From NCBI GenBank assembly GCA_964537315.1, contig CAZIAP010000005.1, forward strand, positions 18,669-82,668: a stretch of 64,000 nucleotides of DNA, read 5' to 3'. The notes under the pieces are model-generated. The model saw only the letters and a list, made by a program, of their open reading frames with translations. It ran no database searches and was not told the DNA's origin. The translations under genes were made by a program, and so were the position numbers. Positions 19,976 through 29,678 of this stretch are shown one piece after another. Source of the stretch: an uncultured Gammaproteobacteria bacterium. GTDB taxonomy: Bacteria; Patescibacteriota; Microgenomatia; Levybacterales; GWA1-39-11. Position 1 is the first letter of the stretch. Every line of letters starts with the position of its first letter.

Positions 19976-20788
19976 TTACTTATTAATTTTTTCTCTTAAT
20001 TTCCGTAGTATATCCATTTTTCTGACAATATCATTTAGTAAAGTTCTTTCAATGCCTGCAAAAATATCATAATTTTCATTTTTTGCTTTTTTAAGTCTGG
20101 TGCGCCAGCTATACCATTCTGATACTCTTAATTCTTGATATGCATTATTTTGATCTTCAATTTGTTTATTGATCTCTATAATAATAGCTTCTAGTTCTTC
20201 AATAGAGTGTTCTGTATCTTCAGATATTATTGATTCTTTTTCTAACTGCTTTAATTTGTCTAAGTTGTGCTCTTCGTAAGCTCTGTTAATTTGTTTCATC
20301 ATTTCTTCCCGATGTTTTTTTTCATCCATATCTTGGACTAGATCTGGGTGAAACTTTGCAACAAGTTTTTTCCATATTTTTCTTAGCTCTTCGGTTGCGT
20401 ACTTGGCTTTTGATCCGGAACGTTCTTTGAATATCTGCTCTTCTTGACGCATCTGTTCTCTTTCTTGTTCGTATTGACGCTGTTTTGCATAATACGTATC
20501 GTTGAGTTGTTCAACTGCGTCTTTATAACTGAGTCCTTGCTCGATGAGCTGAATAACATTACGCAGATATATAATTTCTAAGTCCAATTGGTTATCTTTG
20601 AGATATAAACTACCCACTCTTACGTCATATTCTTGTTTTACCATATCCAGCTCTACTCGCAGCATCTCTGTTTTAGTTACTATTTTGGTTAGCAGAATAC
20701 GCTTTTTACGGATGATGTTCTTAAGTTTTCTTTTTTTTATTTCTTCTTCATTTGAAAGAAGAATTGGTGAAAGAGTATTTTTTCCCAT
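19976..20788 (-). CDS. J-domain (DnaJ-like) coiled-coil protein
   Basis: KLVAKFHPDLVQD...MMKQINRAYEE contains the HPD J-domain signature. Extensive E/K/Q coiled coil. Confidence 0.65.
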   Translation of the reverse strand: MGKNTLSPILLSNEEEIKKRKLKNIIRKKRILLTKIVTKTEMLRVELDMVKQEYDVRVGSLYLKDNQLDLEIIYLRNVIQLIEQGLSYKDAVEQLNDTYYAKQRQYEQEREQMRQEEQIFKERSGSKAKYATEELRKIWKKLVAKFHPDLVQDMDEKKHREEMMKQINRAYEEHNLDKLKQLEKESIISEDTEHSIEELEAIIIEINKQIEDQNNAYQELRVSEWYSWRTRLKKAKNENYDIFAGIERTLLNDIVRKMDILRKLREKINK

Positions 20789-20909
20789 AGTTATAAAGTA
20801 TATCGCATAAAGTTCTTTATAAATACTTGCTTCGTCTTTATTACATTATTACGTAATTATCATATTTATGCTCCAAGATTAGATAAATTTTCTGTATAAT
20901 ACCTCCAGT

Positions 20910-22394
20910 GTGAATAAAATGAATAGATTAGTTGATTATCTAAATCCATTTGCGCGCATAGGAAAAAGAAGTTATTCCTTTGTCTTCCCGTTCTTTTTTA
21001 CACTTTTGGTTGTTGTTGTAATTGAATTGGTAGGATATGTCATTCTGAAAGATCCGGACAGAACTTCTATTTACGCAATCATTGCAACAATTGCAGCTAT
21101 CATTTACTGCTCGTTTCGTGATGGTTTGAAAGGAGGGCTAACCGCAACAGTTGGCACATTACTGTATTACTTTCATATTATATATACACGTAGCTATCAA
21201 GGTGAGAGATTAGAATCAGCTTTGATAATGGTTGCTCTATTAAGTTCCATTAATTTTTCTGTAGCGATGGTAATCGGATGGTTGAGGCAGACAATCGATA
21301 AACTAATCGAAAGAGAAATAAACGAAAAGCAAAGACTGGAAGCGGTTATTCAGCAAATTCCTGCGGGAGTAATAATTGCGGACAAAGAGGGAAATATCGT
21401 GCAAAGTAATGAACGTTTCAATAAAATTTTTAATAACAAGGGTCGGTTAGACATAAAAGTCGGAAAGGTTACTGCGCCAAACGCAACATATAAAGGCAAG
21501 CCAGTTAAGCCAAAACAATGGCCATTAGCACAAGCTTTATTCAATGGTCGACAAGTATTAGGTAAAGAATATATATTTCGTAAAAAAAGAGTGAACCAGG
21601 CAATACAAATTAGTGCTGCGCCAATCAAAGGTAGAGATGGGAATATCCTAGCCGCAGTGTGTATCATGACTGATGTGACTGCCCAAAGAGAGTTGGAACG
21701 GCAAAAAGATGAGTTTATAGGGATTGCAAGTCATGAGTTAAAAACTCCTGTTACGAGTATCAAAGCATACACGCAGGTACTAAAACATAATTTTAGTAAA
21801 AGCGGAGACAAAGATTCGGTTAACCAGCTTGAAAAGATGGATGCTCAGTTAAATAAACTGACTGACTTAATTGGTGACTTATTAGATGTAACAAAAATTG
21901 AATCAGGTCAAATTCAGTTCAATGAAAGCTTGTTTGACTTTGACAAAGTAGTTAAAGAACAAGTGTCTCAGATGCAATTAACCACTCAACGGCATACCCT
22001 ATCGTTAAGATGCAATACTAATGCAAAAATTTATGGCGATAGTGAGAGGGTAGGTCAGGTGCTTACGAATCTTATCTCAAATGCGATTAAATACTCTCCA
22101 CACGCAAAAAAAATAATTATTGAAGGAAAGAGGGTAAAAAATAATGTTGAATTATCTGTCAGGGATTTTGGTATCGGAATGTCAAAAAGCAATAGTGGAA
22201 AAGTGTTTGAAAGATTTTATAGAATAAGCGGTCCTAATAACCAAACTTTTCCTGGACTTGGACTGGGGTTATACATATCATCTGAAATAATCAAAAGAAT
22301 GGGTGGAAAAATTTGGGTTGAAAGTGAGGAAGGTAAAGGATCCACGTTTTTCTTTTCGTTGCCGATTAAGGATAATAATAAGAAGAAAGCTTAA
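20910..22394 (+). CDS. Sensor histidine kinase (TM, PAS, HisKA, HATPase_c)
   Basis: Four N-terminal TM helices, PAS-like region, H-box GIASHELKTPVTSI, N/G boxes (NLISNAIKYS, DFGIGM, GLGLGL). Confidence 0.8.
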   Translation: MNKMNRLVDYLNPFARIGKRSYSFVFPFFFTLLVVVVIELVGYVILKDPDRTSIYAIIATIAAIIYCSFRDGLKGGLTATVGTLLYYFHIIYTRSYQGERLESALIMVALLSSINFSVAMVIGWLRQTIDKLIEREINEKQRLEAVIQQIPAGVIIADKEGNIVQSNERFNKIFNNKGRLDIKVGKVTAPNATYKGKPVKPKQWPLAQALFNGRQVLGKEYIFRKKRVNQAIQISAAPIKGRDGNILAAVCIMTDVTAQRELERQKDEFIGIASHELKTPVTSIKAYTQVLKHNFSKSGDKDSVNQLEKMDAQLNKLTDLIGDLLDVTKIESGQIQFNESLFDFDKVVKEQVSQMQLTTQRHTLSLRCNTNAKIYGDSERVGQVLTNLISNAIKYSPHAKKIIIEGKRVKNNVELSVRDFGIGMSKSNSGKVFERFYRISGPNNQTFPGLGLGLYISSEIIKRMGGKIWVESEEGKGSTFFFSLPIKDNNKKKA

Positions 22395-22467
22395 CAACTT
22401 ATTCTTTCAAAATTCTTATGTTATAAAGTTATAATTAAAATCCTGACTTGTTTTAAAAAATATACTA

Positions 22468-22851
22468 ATGAAGTTTGAAGACGGAAAAAAACATGATAAG
22501 AAAAAAATACTTGTAGCTGACGATGATCAAGGCATTGTAGATGCAATAAAATTAATGCTGGAGACTGTTGGATACGATGTGGCTACTACTGTTGACGGAG
22601 AGACAGTGCTTAAGCTGAAAGAAGAATTACCGGATCTTCTCTTGTTAGATATTTGGATGTCAGGTCAGGATGGGCGAGACATCTGCAGATATCTGAAAGG
22701 TAGAGAGGACACAAAACGTATTCCGGTCATTATGATTTCTGCAAATAAAGACACAGAGACCATTGCAAAACAAGTCGGTGCAGATGATTTTGTTTCTAAA
22801 CCTTTTGAGATGGATGAACTATTGGAAAAGATAGAGAGATTGGTTAATTGA
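22468..22851 (+). CDS. Single-domain response regulator (receiver only)
   Basis: KILVADDDQ...LLLLDIWMSGQDG...ISANKD with a conserved Asp pocket. No output domain. Confidence 0.8.
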   Translation: MKFEDGKKHDKKKILVADDDQGIVDAIKLMLETVGYDVATTVDGETVLKLKEELPDLLLLDIWMSGQDGRDICRYLKGREDTKRIPVIMISANKDTETIAKQVGADDFVSKPFEMDELLEKIERLVN

Positions 22852-22901
22852 TAGTCAGTATATTAATTATTAACGCAATTTAACTCGTTAATAATAAATT
22901 T

Positions 22902-23564
22902 CTATTTCGATTGATAGTTTGTAAATTCTTGGGCACAGCTGTTTCCATGACATGCGACACAGCTATATTTAAAGTCTCCTATAATTGCGTCGTGGTGAAT
23001 CTTATCATTTACCCACCACTTAAAAGCAGATTCTTCAGTACTCATGGAAATAATATTTTCTGTATTCCAGTAATCGAGATTTCTTGATTGTAAACCAGCG
23101 TGTAAGTTACCGTTTTTAACCTCATCAGATATCTCAGGCGCTCTAGAATGAGCAAGTTCACAGGTTTTTTGATCTTTTGTAAATGGTTGCAATCCTCTTT
23201 CTTTTCTGTACTCGTTTGACATATTAAACAGTTTTTCCGGATCAAGTCCTCCTTTGTTTGAAATGGACTTAGTCTCGGGTGCTGAAGTTGGTTTAGGTGT
23301 TGCTGTTGTAGATGGAGATTTAGTTAAGACTGGTTCAGAAGCCTGAGTAGATATAGCAGGCTTTTTTTCTGGCTCTCCCACGTCCGTTGTAAGAATGGGA
23401 AGCTGGGTATAAGTCTCTTTGCTGTCTGAGGAATTCACATTTTCTGTATCAGTCTTTTGCTGTGCATGAACGTGAGCAACTGTTACTAAAAACAGAAAGA
23501 ATCCAAGAATGACAAACGCGCTCTGAATTGTTCGGGAATTCATAGGCCTAATTAGTATAGACAC
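22902..23564 (-). CDS. Secreted protein with Pro/Thr/Ser-rich linker and C-terminal Cys-containing CAP-like domain
   Basis: Signal peptide, TKSPSTTATPKPTSAPETKS linker, C-terminal ...WWVNDKIHHDAIIGDFKYSCVACHGNSCAQ. Paralogous in layout to 25238..25963. Confidence 0.5.
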   Translation of the reverse strand: MSILIRPMNSRTIQSAFVILGFFLFLVTVAHVHAQQKTDTENVNSSDSKETYTQLPILTTDVGEPEKKPAISTQASEPVLTKSPSTTATPKPTSAPETKSISNKGGLDPEKLFNMSNEYRKERGLQPFTKDQKTCELAHSRAPEISDEVKNGNLHAGLQSRNLDYWNTENIISMSTEESAFKWWVNDKIHHDAIIGDFKYSCVACHGNSCAQEFTNYQSK

Positions 23565-23885
23565 AGCGAGTGCGAATATGCAATTGTCTGATTTTTGTCC
23601 ACACCCAGTCCGTATAGCGTCAAGCGCACTGATTTAGTATCAAGTATGATCAATTTAGGAAGTAGGTGAGTATACATGACAGAGCATATATACAGACATA
23701 ACTTACAAGAATATCTAACATTTTATTTTGAAAAATGGCCACAGATAGAAAAATCCATAAATGAGTCATTAAATGACAGGATCAAATCAGAGTTTGTGCT
23801 AGCAGACCAAAGTTTGAATATAGAGAGTAAAGAATGAAAATGTGCCTGCTTTGTATTCTAGTAGAAAACGATGTAGAATGAGTTT

Positions 23886-24479
23886 ATGCCTTTGAAAACT
23901 ATCCTTGTGGATATGGATGGCGTACTGGCAGATTTTGAAAACGGGTTTATCGAACAATTTCGTCAAAGCTATCCTACTATTCCCTCTGTACCTGTAGGTG
24001 AAAGGAAAAATTTTTATTTAACAAGTGATTATCCGTTGGAGATGCGTAAAAATGTTGAGCAGATTTACCATACTCCTGGGTTCTTTGAGAACTTACCGAT
24101 AATTGCCGGTGGAAAAGAGTCTCTGGAATTAATGCGCTCAGTAGGTCATGAAGTTTTTATCTGCACTAGTTCACTGACCCGGTATGACGACTGTGTACTG
24201 GAAAAGTATAATTGGATTGCAAAAAATTTAGGATATGAGTGGACGAGGCGTATGATTCTAACATCGGACAAAACTCTTGTTAAAGGTGACTACCTTATTG
24301 ATGATAAACCAAATCCGATTGGTGTCGGTAATGCTGCGTGGGAACATATTGTGTATGACGCTCCGTACAATCGTGATATAACAAACAAACGTAGAATTAC
24401 ATGGAATACATTGAGTACTGTATTAGGAGAATTGGCTGTTCCAGTAGTACAAAATATGAAATTTTACGGTGAAAATTAA
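23886..24479 (+). CDS. 5'(3')-deoxyribonucleotidase (HAD, NT5C-like)
   Basis: ILVDMDGVLADFENGF (DxDGV motif I) and the overall NT5C pattern. Confidence 0.65.
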   Translation: MPLKTILVDMDGVLADFENGFIEQFRQSYPTIPSVPVGERKNFYLTSDYPLEMRKNVEQIYHTPGFFENLPIIAGGKESLELMRSVGHEVFICTSSLTRYDDCVLEKYNWIAKNLGYEWTRRMILTSDKTLVKGDYLIDDKPNPIGVGNAAWEHIVYDAPYNRDITNKRRITWNTLSTVLGELAVPVVQNMKFYGEN

Positions 24480-25053
24480 TATTATCGGGCTTCCTGCCAG
24501 TGGAAAAACTACACTTGCAGCAAATCTAACAAAAACTTACTCTCTCCCCTGCCTAAATCTAGATACACATATTTTTAAACTGGTTAAAAAAAAGAGAAGA
24601 GTCCGTGTTTCTTCAGATACCTATTTAAAGACGATCAAGCGGTTTATGAAAAGAAAAAATTGGATAATTGAAGGTATTTATACATTTGATGAAGTAATAA
24701 AAGAAGCGGACATTATTATATTTGTAGAACGTTCATTCTCAAAACTAATTTATTTACAATGGAAAAGATTTTTTACTAACAAAAGTCAGAGATTGGAATA
24801 TGGCTTTATAAGCAATCTTAAACTTTCATGGTTTATATATAACCTATACTTTAATAAAGTGGGTGTAGCTGTATATGACAACCAAAAACCTCTAACTATA
24901 TCTGATATACATACAAAATTATCAAAATACAAAAAGAAGGTGCAAATAATGCGTACAGGGTCTGAAATGAATATGTTCGTAGCAAGTTTGAATGCTAAAA
25001 AGTTATTTTTTATCTGTTGTTTTCTCTGCTATGGACATCTGTTGAATTTCTAG
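24469..25053 (+). CDS. P-loop NTPase, FlaR/topology-modulation-protein-like (adenylate/deoxynucleoside kinase-like), GTG start
   Basis: IIGLPASGKTTLA Walker A, WIIEGIYTFDEV...ADIIIFVERSF like FlaR. Overlaps the previous gene by 11 nt. Confidence 0.55.
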   Translation: MKINIIGLPASGKTTLAANLTKTYSLPCLNLDTHIFKLVKKKRRVRVSSDTYLKTIKRFMKRKNWIIEGIYTFDEVIKEADIIIFVERSFSKLIYLQWKRFFTNKSQRLEYGFISNLKLSWFIYNLYFNKVGVAVYDNQKPLTISDIHTKLSKYKKKVQIMRTGSEMNMFVASLNAKKLFFICCFLCYGHLLNF

Positions 25054-25237
25054 GTGCAATCATTAAGATATGAGCATAAATTAGCATCGAGTAAATATTG
25101 TAGCTAGACATGCGTAGCTTACGCTTGAATGAATAAGTATTGAGAACAAGAAATGAATATTGGACGTAATAATCGAGCGAAATGATCAAGTAGTTAAATA
25201 ATGGAGTATAAAAATTGCTTGAAGTGTTTAAAACAGG

Positions 25238-25963
25238 TTATGGCCTCCACCCTTCATATGCGTAGTAGTTACCATACGCTTCTACGCAAACGTAAGGAGT
25301 ATCCTGTCTCATGTTTTCAGCATGACCTGGGGAGTTTATCCACATAGAAACTACATTTTTGTAATTTGATGTCATCGCTAGATTCTCAGTGATTCTAGAA
25401 TAAGAAGGGTAAGGTAGAGTTTTATTTCTAATCCGATTTGAAAATCCGTCGTGGCTAAAATCAGTTGAGATTTCTTTGGCTCTAACTTTGGCAAACTTGC
25501 AAGTATACGGATCAGTAACAACTTCTGATAAACCTTTCGATGCGCGATATTTATTTATCTCCTTCATTATATATATCTGTACTTGATTAGTTTGTGTATC
25601 AGATGGTTTTGTTGCGGTAGGTGTTGGCTTATCATTTTTCGGACTAATTACTGTTGGAGTTGGCGTATTATTTTTTGTGGGTGTAGGAGTCAAAGTGGGT
25701 GTCAGGCTAACCGATGTTGGCTCTCTATCTGGTGAAATGGTACTAGATGGTGTTGGTCGAACTTCTTCTATATTAATTTTTATTTCTTTATTTATATTAA
25801 TACGATGTTCTTTAAATTTTTGTTTGAAGGTCTCGAATTGGGCTTTTGTTTTTTCACTAATCTGTTGCTTTAGATCGTCGTGAGTAACAGCTTGAGTGTT
25901 ATATGGAAAAATTAGAGAAAAAGTTATTACAATTGCGAGGACAATTGTGACGGGCAGTTTCAT
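25238..25963 (-). CDS. Secreted CAP/SCP-domain protein with Pro/Thr-rich linker
   Basis: Signal peptide, PTLTPTPTKNNTPTPTVISPKNDKPTPTATKP linker, ...MWINSPGHAENM CAP signature. Confidence 0.55.
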   Translation of the reverse strand: MKLPVTIVLAIVITFSLIFPYNTQAVTHDDLKQQISEKTKAQFETFKQKFKEHRININKEIKINIEEVRPTPSSTISPDREPTSVSLTPTLTPTPTKNNTPTPTVISPKNDKPTPTATKPSDTQTNQVQIYIMKEINKYRASKGLSEVVTDPYTCKFAKVRAKEISTDFSHDGFSNRIRNKTLPYPSYSRITENLAMTSNYKNVVSMWINSPGHAENMRQDTPYVCVEAYGNYYAYEGWRP

Positions 25964-26226
25964 GAACGTCTAATCTACCGCAGTAGGCTTTAATTGTCAA
26001 ATCCTATAACACAAGATATAAGCTGACTTAACTCAAGATATCAATCAACCAATTGTAAGAGAATTGTTCAAGATAAGTTTTGTCTTAATTCTGTCAGAAA
26101 ACAGTCCGTACTCCGTCAAGCAGTAAAGCCCAAGCTTGAGTAATATAAGGTTATGATATTCTACAAAGAAGTTTCAGGTTACAACTTACCTAACTCTCCT
26201 CCGTAGGAAATACACGCAGCAATTCC

Positions 26227-26283
26227 CTAGAAAGTATTAATTAGAAACTAGAAATTAGATATTAGAAATTAGATATTAGATAT
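26227..26283. repeat. Tandem 14-mer TAGAAATTAGATAT (about 2.3 copies), TTAGAAATTAG family
   Basis: ttagaaactagaaattagatattagaaattagatattagatatg. Confidence 0.6.
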
Positions 26284-26305
26284 GTATCCTCTTAAAAATT
26301 AAAAT

Positions 26306-26773
26306 TTATTCTGTTTGTTCTGTTGGAGTTGGTGAAGCAGTAGTCCTTGTAGGTGAAGGTGTTACTGTTTCTGATAGTTGTATCCTAATCGCTTCATATC
26401 CTCCCTCGCTTGGTTGCACAATTGCTTGTATCTGCATCCCTTGCCGCAAACTATTCCTGGAGATTTCAGTACCGTTTCTGTTAGTAATTGCTGTGTCCTC
26501 AGTTATATAAATCAACATTGCTGATCCGTTTTGTTCAATTGTGGCGGTTAACGAGTTTTTATATGTAACCGGAGTATCTGAAATTGTCAGTATTTCTCCA
26601 TCTATTACTTGCTCTGCTGGTGTAGGAGACGCGGTAGGTTCAACCGGTTGCGTAGGAAATGCAACGGTCTGATTTTCCTCTCTTTGAGGTTGACTGGCAA
26701 TCAATAAAATACCAAATAATAGAATAATTACCAACGCAACCACACTTGCGATTACCATCCGTGATGATCTCAT
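26306..26773 (-). CDS. Membrane-anchored protein with Pro/Thr-rich segments
   Basis: N-terminal TM helix, PTQPVEPTASPTPAEQ and C-terminal TPSPTRTTASPTPTEQ. Confidence 0.45.
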   Translation of the reverse strand: MRSSRMVIASVVALVIILLFGILLIASQPQREENQTVAFPTQPVEPTASPTPAEQVIDGEILTISDTPVTYKNSLTATIEQNGSAMLIYITEDTAITNRNGTEISRNSLRQGMQIQAIVQPSEGGYEAIRIQLSETVTPSPTRTTASPTPTEQTE

Positions 26774-26955
26774 ATCTCGTAATTATTACATATATTTGCA
26801 AAAAATATGTAACAAAACAGATAAATATGACTATTAATTACTCCTAAACCATTAATACCCAAAACAGTATACCGTATACAGAATACTGTATACACGATAC
26901 TCAATACTTCATACCGACTACTGAATATTCGATTGCTGAATCCAGACTGCTGATT

Positions 26956-27840
26956 GTGTATAATTATGGCATTATGCCAGTGGATAAATATTCCGCGGTT
27001 TGGGTGTCACATTCTTCCATAGGTGATTTTCTGAAATGTCCCAGATCATATTTTCTTAAAAACGTATATAAAAACCCGGATACCGGACACAAGATTCAGT
27101 TAGTTACTCCTCAGATGTCCTTGGGTCAGGCGGTTCATGATACTTTAGAATCGCTATCAGTATTACCTGCAGACAAAAGGTTTCTTGAATCTTTACAAGA
27201 TCGATTTGAGTTGGCGTGGAAAAAAGTCGAGGGTAAAAAAGGTGGGTTTACTAGTGAAGAAGCAGAGGTAGTTTACAAAGACAGGGGTAAAAATATGATT
27301 GAGAGAGTTTGGAGAAACCCCGGACCACTGAAAAACTTAGCTGTAAAGATAAAGATGGACCTTCCCCATTATTGGTTGTCAGAGGAAGATGGGATAATTC
27401 TCTGCGGTTTAATTGATTGGTTAGAGTATTTCCAAGACACTGATAGTGTACATATTATAGATTTTAAGACAAGCAAATCTGACGAAAATAAAGAGAGTTT
27501 ACAACTTCCGATATATAAACTATTAGTGGAGAACTGTCAAACCCGTCCGCTAATTAAAGCAAGCTATTGGTATCTGGAAAGAAACGATGAACCAACCGAA
27601 GTAGAACTTCCTGGTAGTGAAGAATCTCATGAAAAAATAATTAAAATCTCTCGTCAGATTAAGGTAGCCAGACAGTTATCGAGATTTAAGTGCAGTCACG
27701 AAACAGGTTGTTATGCGTGTGAACCGTATGAAGCTATTATTAGAGGTGAGGCAGAATATCTGGGAGTAGATGAGTATAACAAGGATAAATATCTTCTAAA
27801 GACTGACACTTTAGAGAATATAGAAAGCGAAGTTTTATAA
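26956..27840 (+). CDS. Cas4-like / RecB-family PD-(D/E)XK nuclease with 4-Cys cluster
   Basis: N-terminal Cys (FLKCPRSYF). Motif II/III IIDFKTSK...LQLPIYKLL. C-terminal C-x5-C-x2-C (CSHETGCYAC). Possible start at the Met 18 nt downstream. Confidence 0.6.
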   Translation: MYNYGIMPVDKYSAVWVSHSSIGDFLKCPRSYFLKNVYKNPDTGHKIQLVTPQMSLGQAVHDTLESLSVLPADKRFLESLQDRFELAWKKVEGKKGGFTSEEAEVVYKDRGKNMIERVWRNPGPLKNLAVKIKMDLPHYWLSEEDGIILCGLIDWLEYFQDTDSVHIIDFKTSKSDENKESLQLPIYKLLVENCQTRPLIKASYWYLERNDEPTEVELPGSEESHEKIIKISRQIKVARQLSRFKCSHETGCYACEPYEAIIRGEAEYLGVDEYNKDKYLLKTDTLENIESEVL

Positions 27841-27847
27841 AGTTTTT

Positions 27848-28351
27848 ATGTTGCGAAACATACTGGTTATTACCGTTCTCTTATTAATAGGTAGTGCGGT
27901 GGCTTTCATGTTATTCAGAGAACAAGAAGGAACCTCTATTGAGTTTGCGGACTCTCTACAGAGTACATTTGGAGACGAAGCAGAGTACGTCAATAAACAG
28001 GCCAATTTTTCTATCAAATATCCAAATTCATGGAACCTAGAAGTAAAAACGTTTGATGCTGAAGATGATACGAGAGGGGTTAGATTACGTGGGAGAACAG
28101 GATATATAGATCTTTACTGGGCAGTTGAACATGAAAAAGGAGGATGTCAGCAAAGCTTCTCTCAATTACAGTTAGCAGAGGAGTCAATTGAAGTCTGTAA
28201 CTTTAAGCAAGATGATGACTCAGAAATTTGGAATCAGATTGTAAGAGACCGTGGAGAAATGATTTTTTGGTCAAATGCATATGCAGCTTCGCCTTCTGCT
28301 CAGACTCGCCAGGCAATACTTGATGTATTTTCTACACTCACCTTTTTTTAG
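27848..28351 (+). CDS. Secreted hypothetical protein
   Basis: Signal/TM N-terminus. No recognisable domain. Confidence 0.45.
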   Translation: MLRNILVITVLLLIGSAVAFMLFREQEGTSIEFADSLQSTFGDEAEYVNKQANFSIKYPNSWNLEVKTFDAEDDTRGVRLRGRTGYIDLYWAVEHEKGGCQQSFSQLQLAEESIEVCNFKQDDDSEIWNQIVRDRGEMIFWSNAYAASPSAQTRQAILDVFSTLTFF

Positions 28352-28399
28352 TTCTGAGCGGACTTGACAAATACTGAAAAATTCAGGTAACGTATATCT

Positions 28400-29143
28400 A
28401 TGCGAATAAAAATTGCAGCCTTGACTTCGGTTCTCTGTCTTTTAGTTACTGCCTCAGTTGTAATGGCGCAAGAGACAGGAGAGTCTCCTGATTCCAACCA
28501 ACAAGATGTAGTAACCACTCCAGTTGAAGGGAGTTTGAGATTAGGAAATGTACGTAAAGCACAAGTAAATGATACGGCAGAAGCAAAGATTTCGCATAGG
28601 GAAGAGATTCAAAAAAAACGTATGGAGTCTCTGAATGCCGCAGAAACCAAGCGGAACGAGTTTAAGCAGCAGTTGGCAGGTATCCGTGATAATCAGAAAA
28701 CAGCCACTGTTCAGAGATTAGATACACGTTTTGTCAGTATTAATAATTTGATTACAGATCGTTGGGTAACCGCGCTTGAAACAATGTCTGGTATGGTTGA
28801 TAGAGCAAGCTCTGAGGCAGCAGGCCTTGAAGAATCAGGAGTAAATACAAACTTACTTGATGCTGCAGTTACTCGTGCTCAGACTGCTATCACTACAGCA
28901 CAGACATCAGTAACTACACAAGCTGGAAAAGTTTACGTTATTAATATAACTACTGAGGCAGGTTTGCGAGCAAATGTAGGAGCGACAGTTTCTCAATTTA
29001 GGACAGACATTAGAAACACTCACAGTTCAGTAGTTGCTGCAAAACAAGCAGTAATGCAAGTTGTAAGAGCATTAGCTACAGCAAAGTTATCAGGTACGAC
29101 ACCGTCACCTAAAGCAACTGAAAGCGCTGTAATATCAGAATAA
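28400..29143 (+). CDS. Secreted Ala/Thr/Gln-rich hypothetical protein
   Basis: Signal peptide. Low-complexity, coiled-coil-prone sequence. Confidence 0.45.
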   Translation: MRIKIAALTSVLCLLVTASVVMAQETGESPDSNQQDVVTTPVEGSLRLGNVRKAQVNDTAEAKISHREEIQKKRMESLNAAETKRNEFKQQLAGIRDNQKTATVQRLDTRFVSINNLITDRWVTALETMSGMVDRASSEAAGLEESGVNTNLLDAAVTRAQTAITTAQTSVTTQAGKVYVINITTEAGLRANVGATVSQFRTDIRNTHSSVVAAKQAVMQVVRALATAKLSGTTPSPKATESAVISE

Positions 29144-29145
29144 AT

Positions 29146-29640
29146 ATGGATAATAGAACCGACAACCCATTAACATCTAGTTTGCCTGAACAGGAAAAAG
29201 AAAGAAGCTCTATTCCTGAAGGTGAAAATAGAGATATTAATACTCCAGGGGCTTCAGACGCTAGCTCAGCAGGTACTTATCCTCCGGCATTTAATTCTAC
29301 ACCCCCACCGCCTCCACCAACTGAAAATAGTAACCCTCCCCATAGCGCTAATTCCAACACACCGGATGATGGGGGTAAAAAGAGTTTGGGAGTGATGATT
29401 GGCGCATTACTGGTGTTAATGGTTGTGTTCTTAGGATTAATATTCTACTTCGTATTGAGACAGCCTCAGGAACCTGAGCAGCCTGTTGAGCAAATGCCGA
29501 TTGAAAATACATTACCATCACCTACCGAAGTGCCTTTGTCTCCAACTCCTGAGCTTACAGAAGAAGCAGTTGAAGAAATAGAGATTGGAAGTCCTGAAGC
29601 AGATTTATCCCCGATTGAAACAGATTTGGAGCAATTATAA
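29146..29640 (+). CDS. Pro-rich single-pass membrane protein
   Basis: Poly-Pro PPPPPPTENSNPP, TM helix, acidic C-terminus. Confidence 0.45.
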   Translation: MDNRTDNPLTSSLPEQEKERSSIPEGENRDINTPGASDASSAGTYPPAFNSTPPPPPPTENSNPPHSANSNTPDDGGKKSLGVMIGALLVLMVVFLGLIFYFVLRQPQEPEQPVEQMPIENTLPSPTEVPLSPTPELTEEAVEEIEIGSPEADLSPIETDLEQL

Positions 29641-29643
29641 TTC

Positions 29644-29678
29644 GGTTCACGGTTCACGGTTCACGGTTCACGGTTCAG
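29644..29678. repeat. Tandem heptamer (GGTTCAC)x4 plus one GGTTCAG
   Basis: ggttcacggttcacggttcacggttcacggttcag read directly. Followed by AT-rich imperfect repeats (aaccttttaa x2). Confidence 0.85.

Noticed and set aside
23676-23837. Possible 53-aa small protein (MTEHIYRHNLQEYLTFYFEKWPQIEK...) with AGGTGA RBS in the 23.57-23.88 kb spacer
   Set aside because: Plausible but too short to support without homology or expression data. Not listed as a feature.
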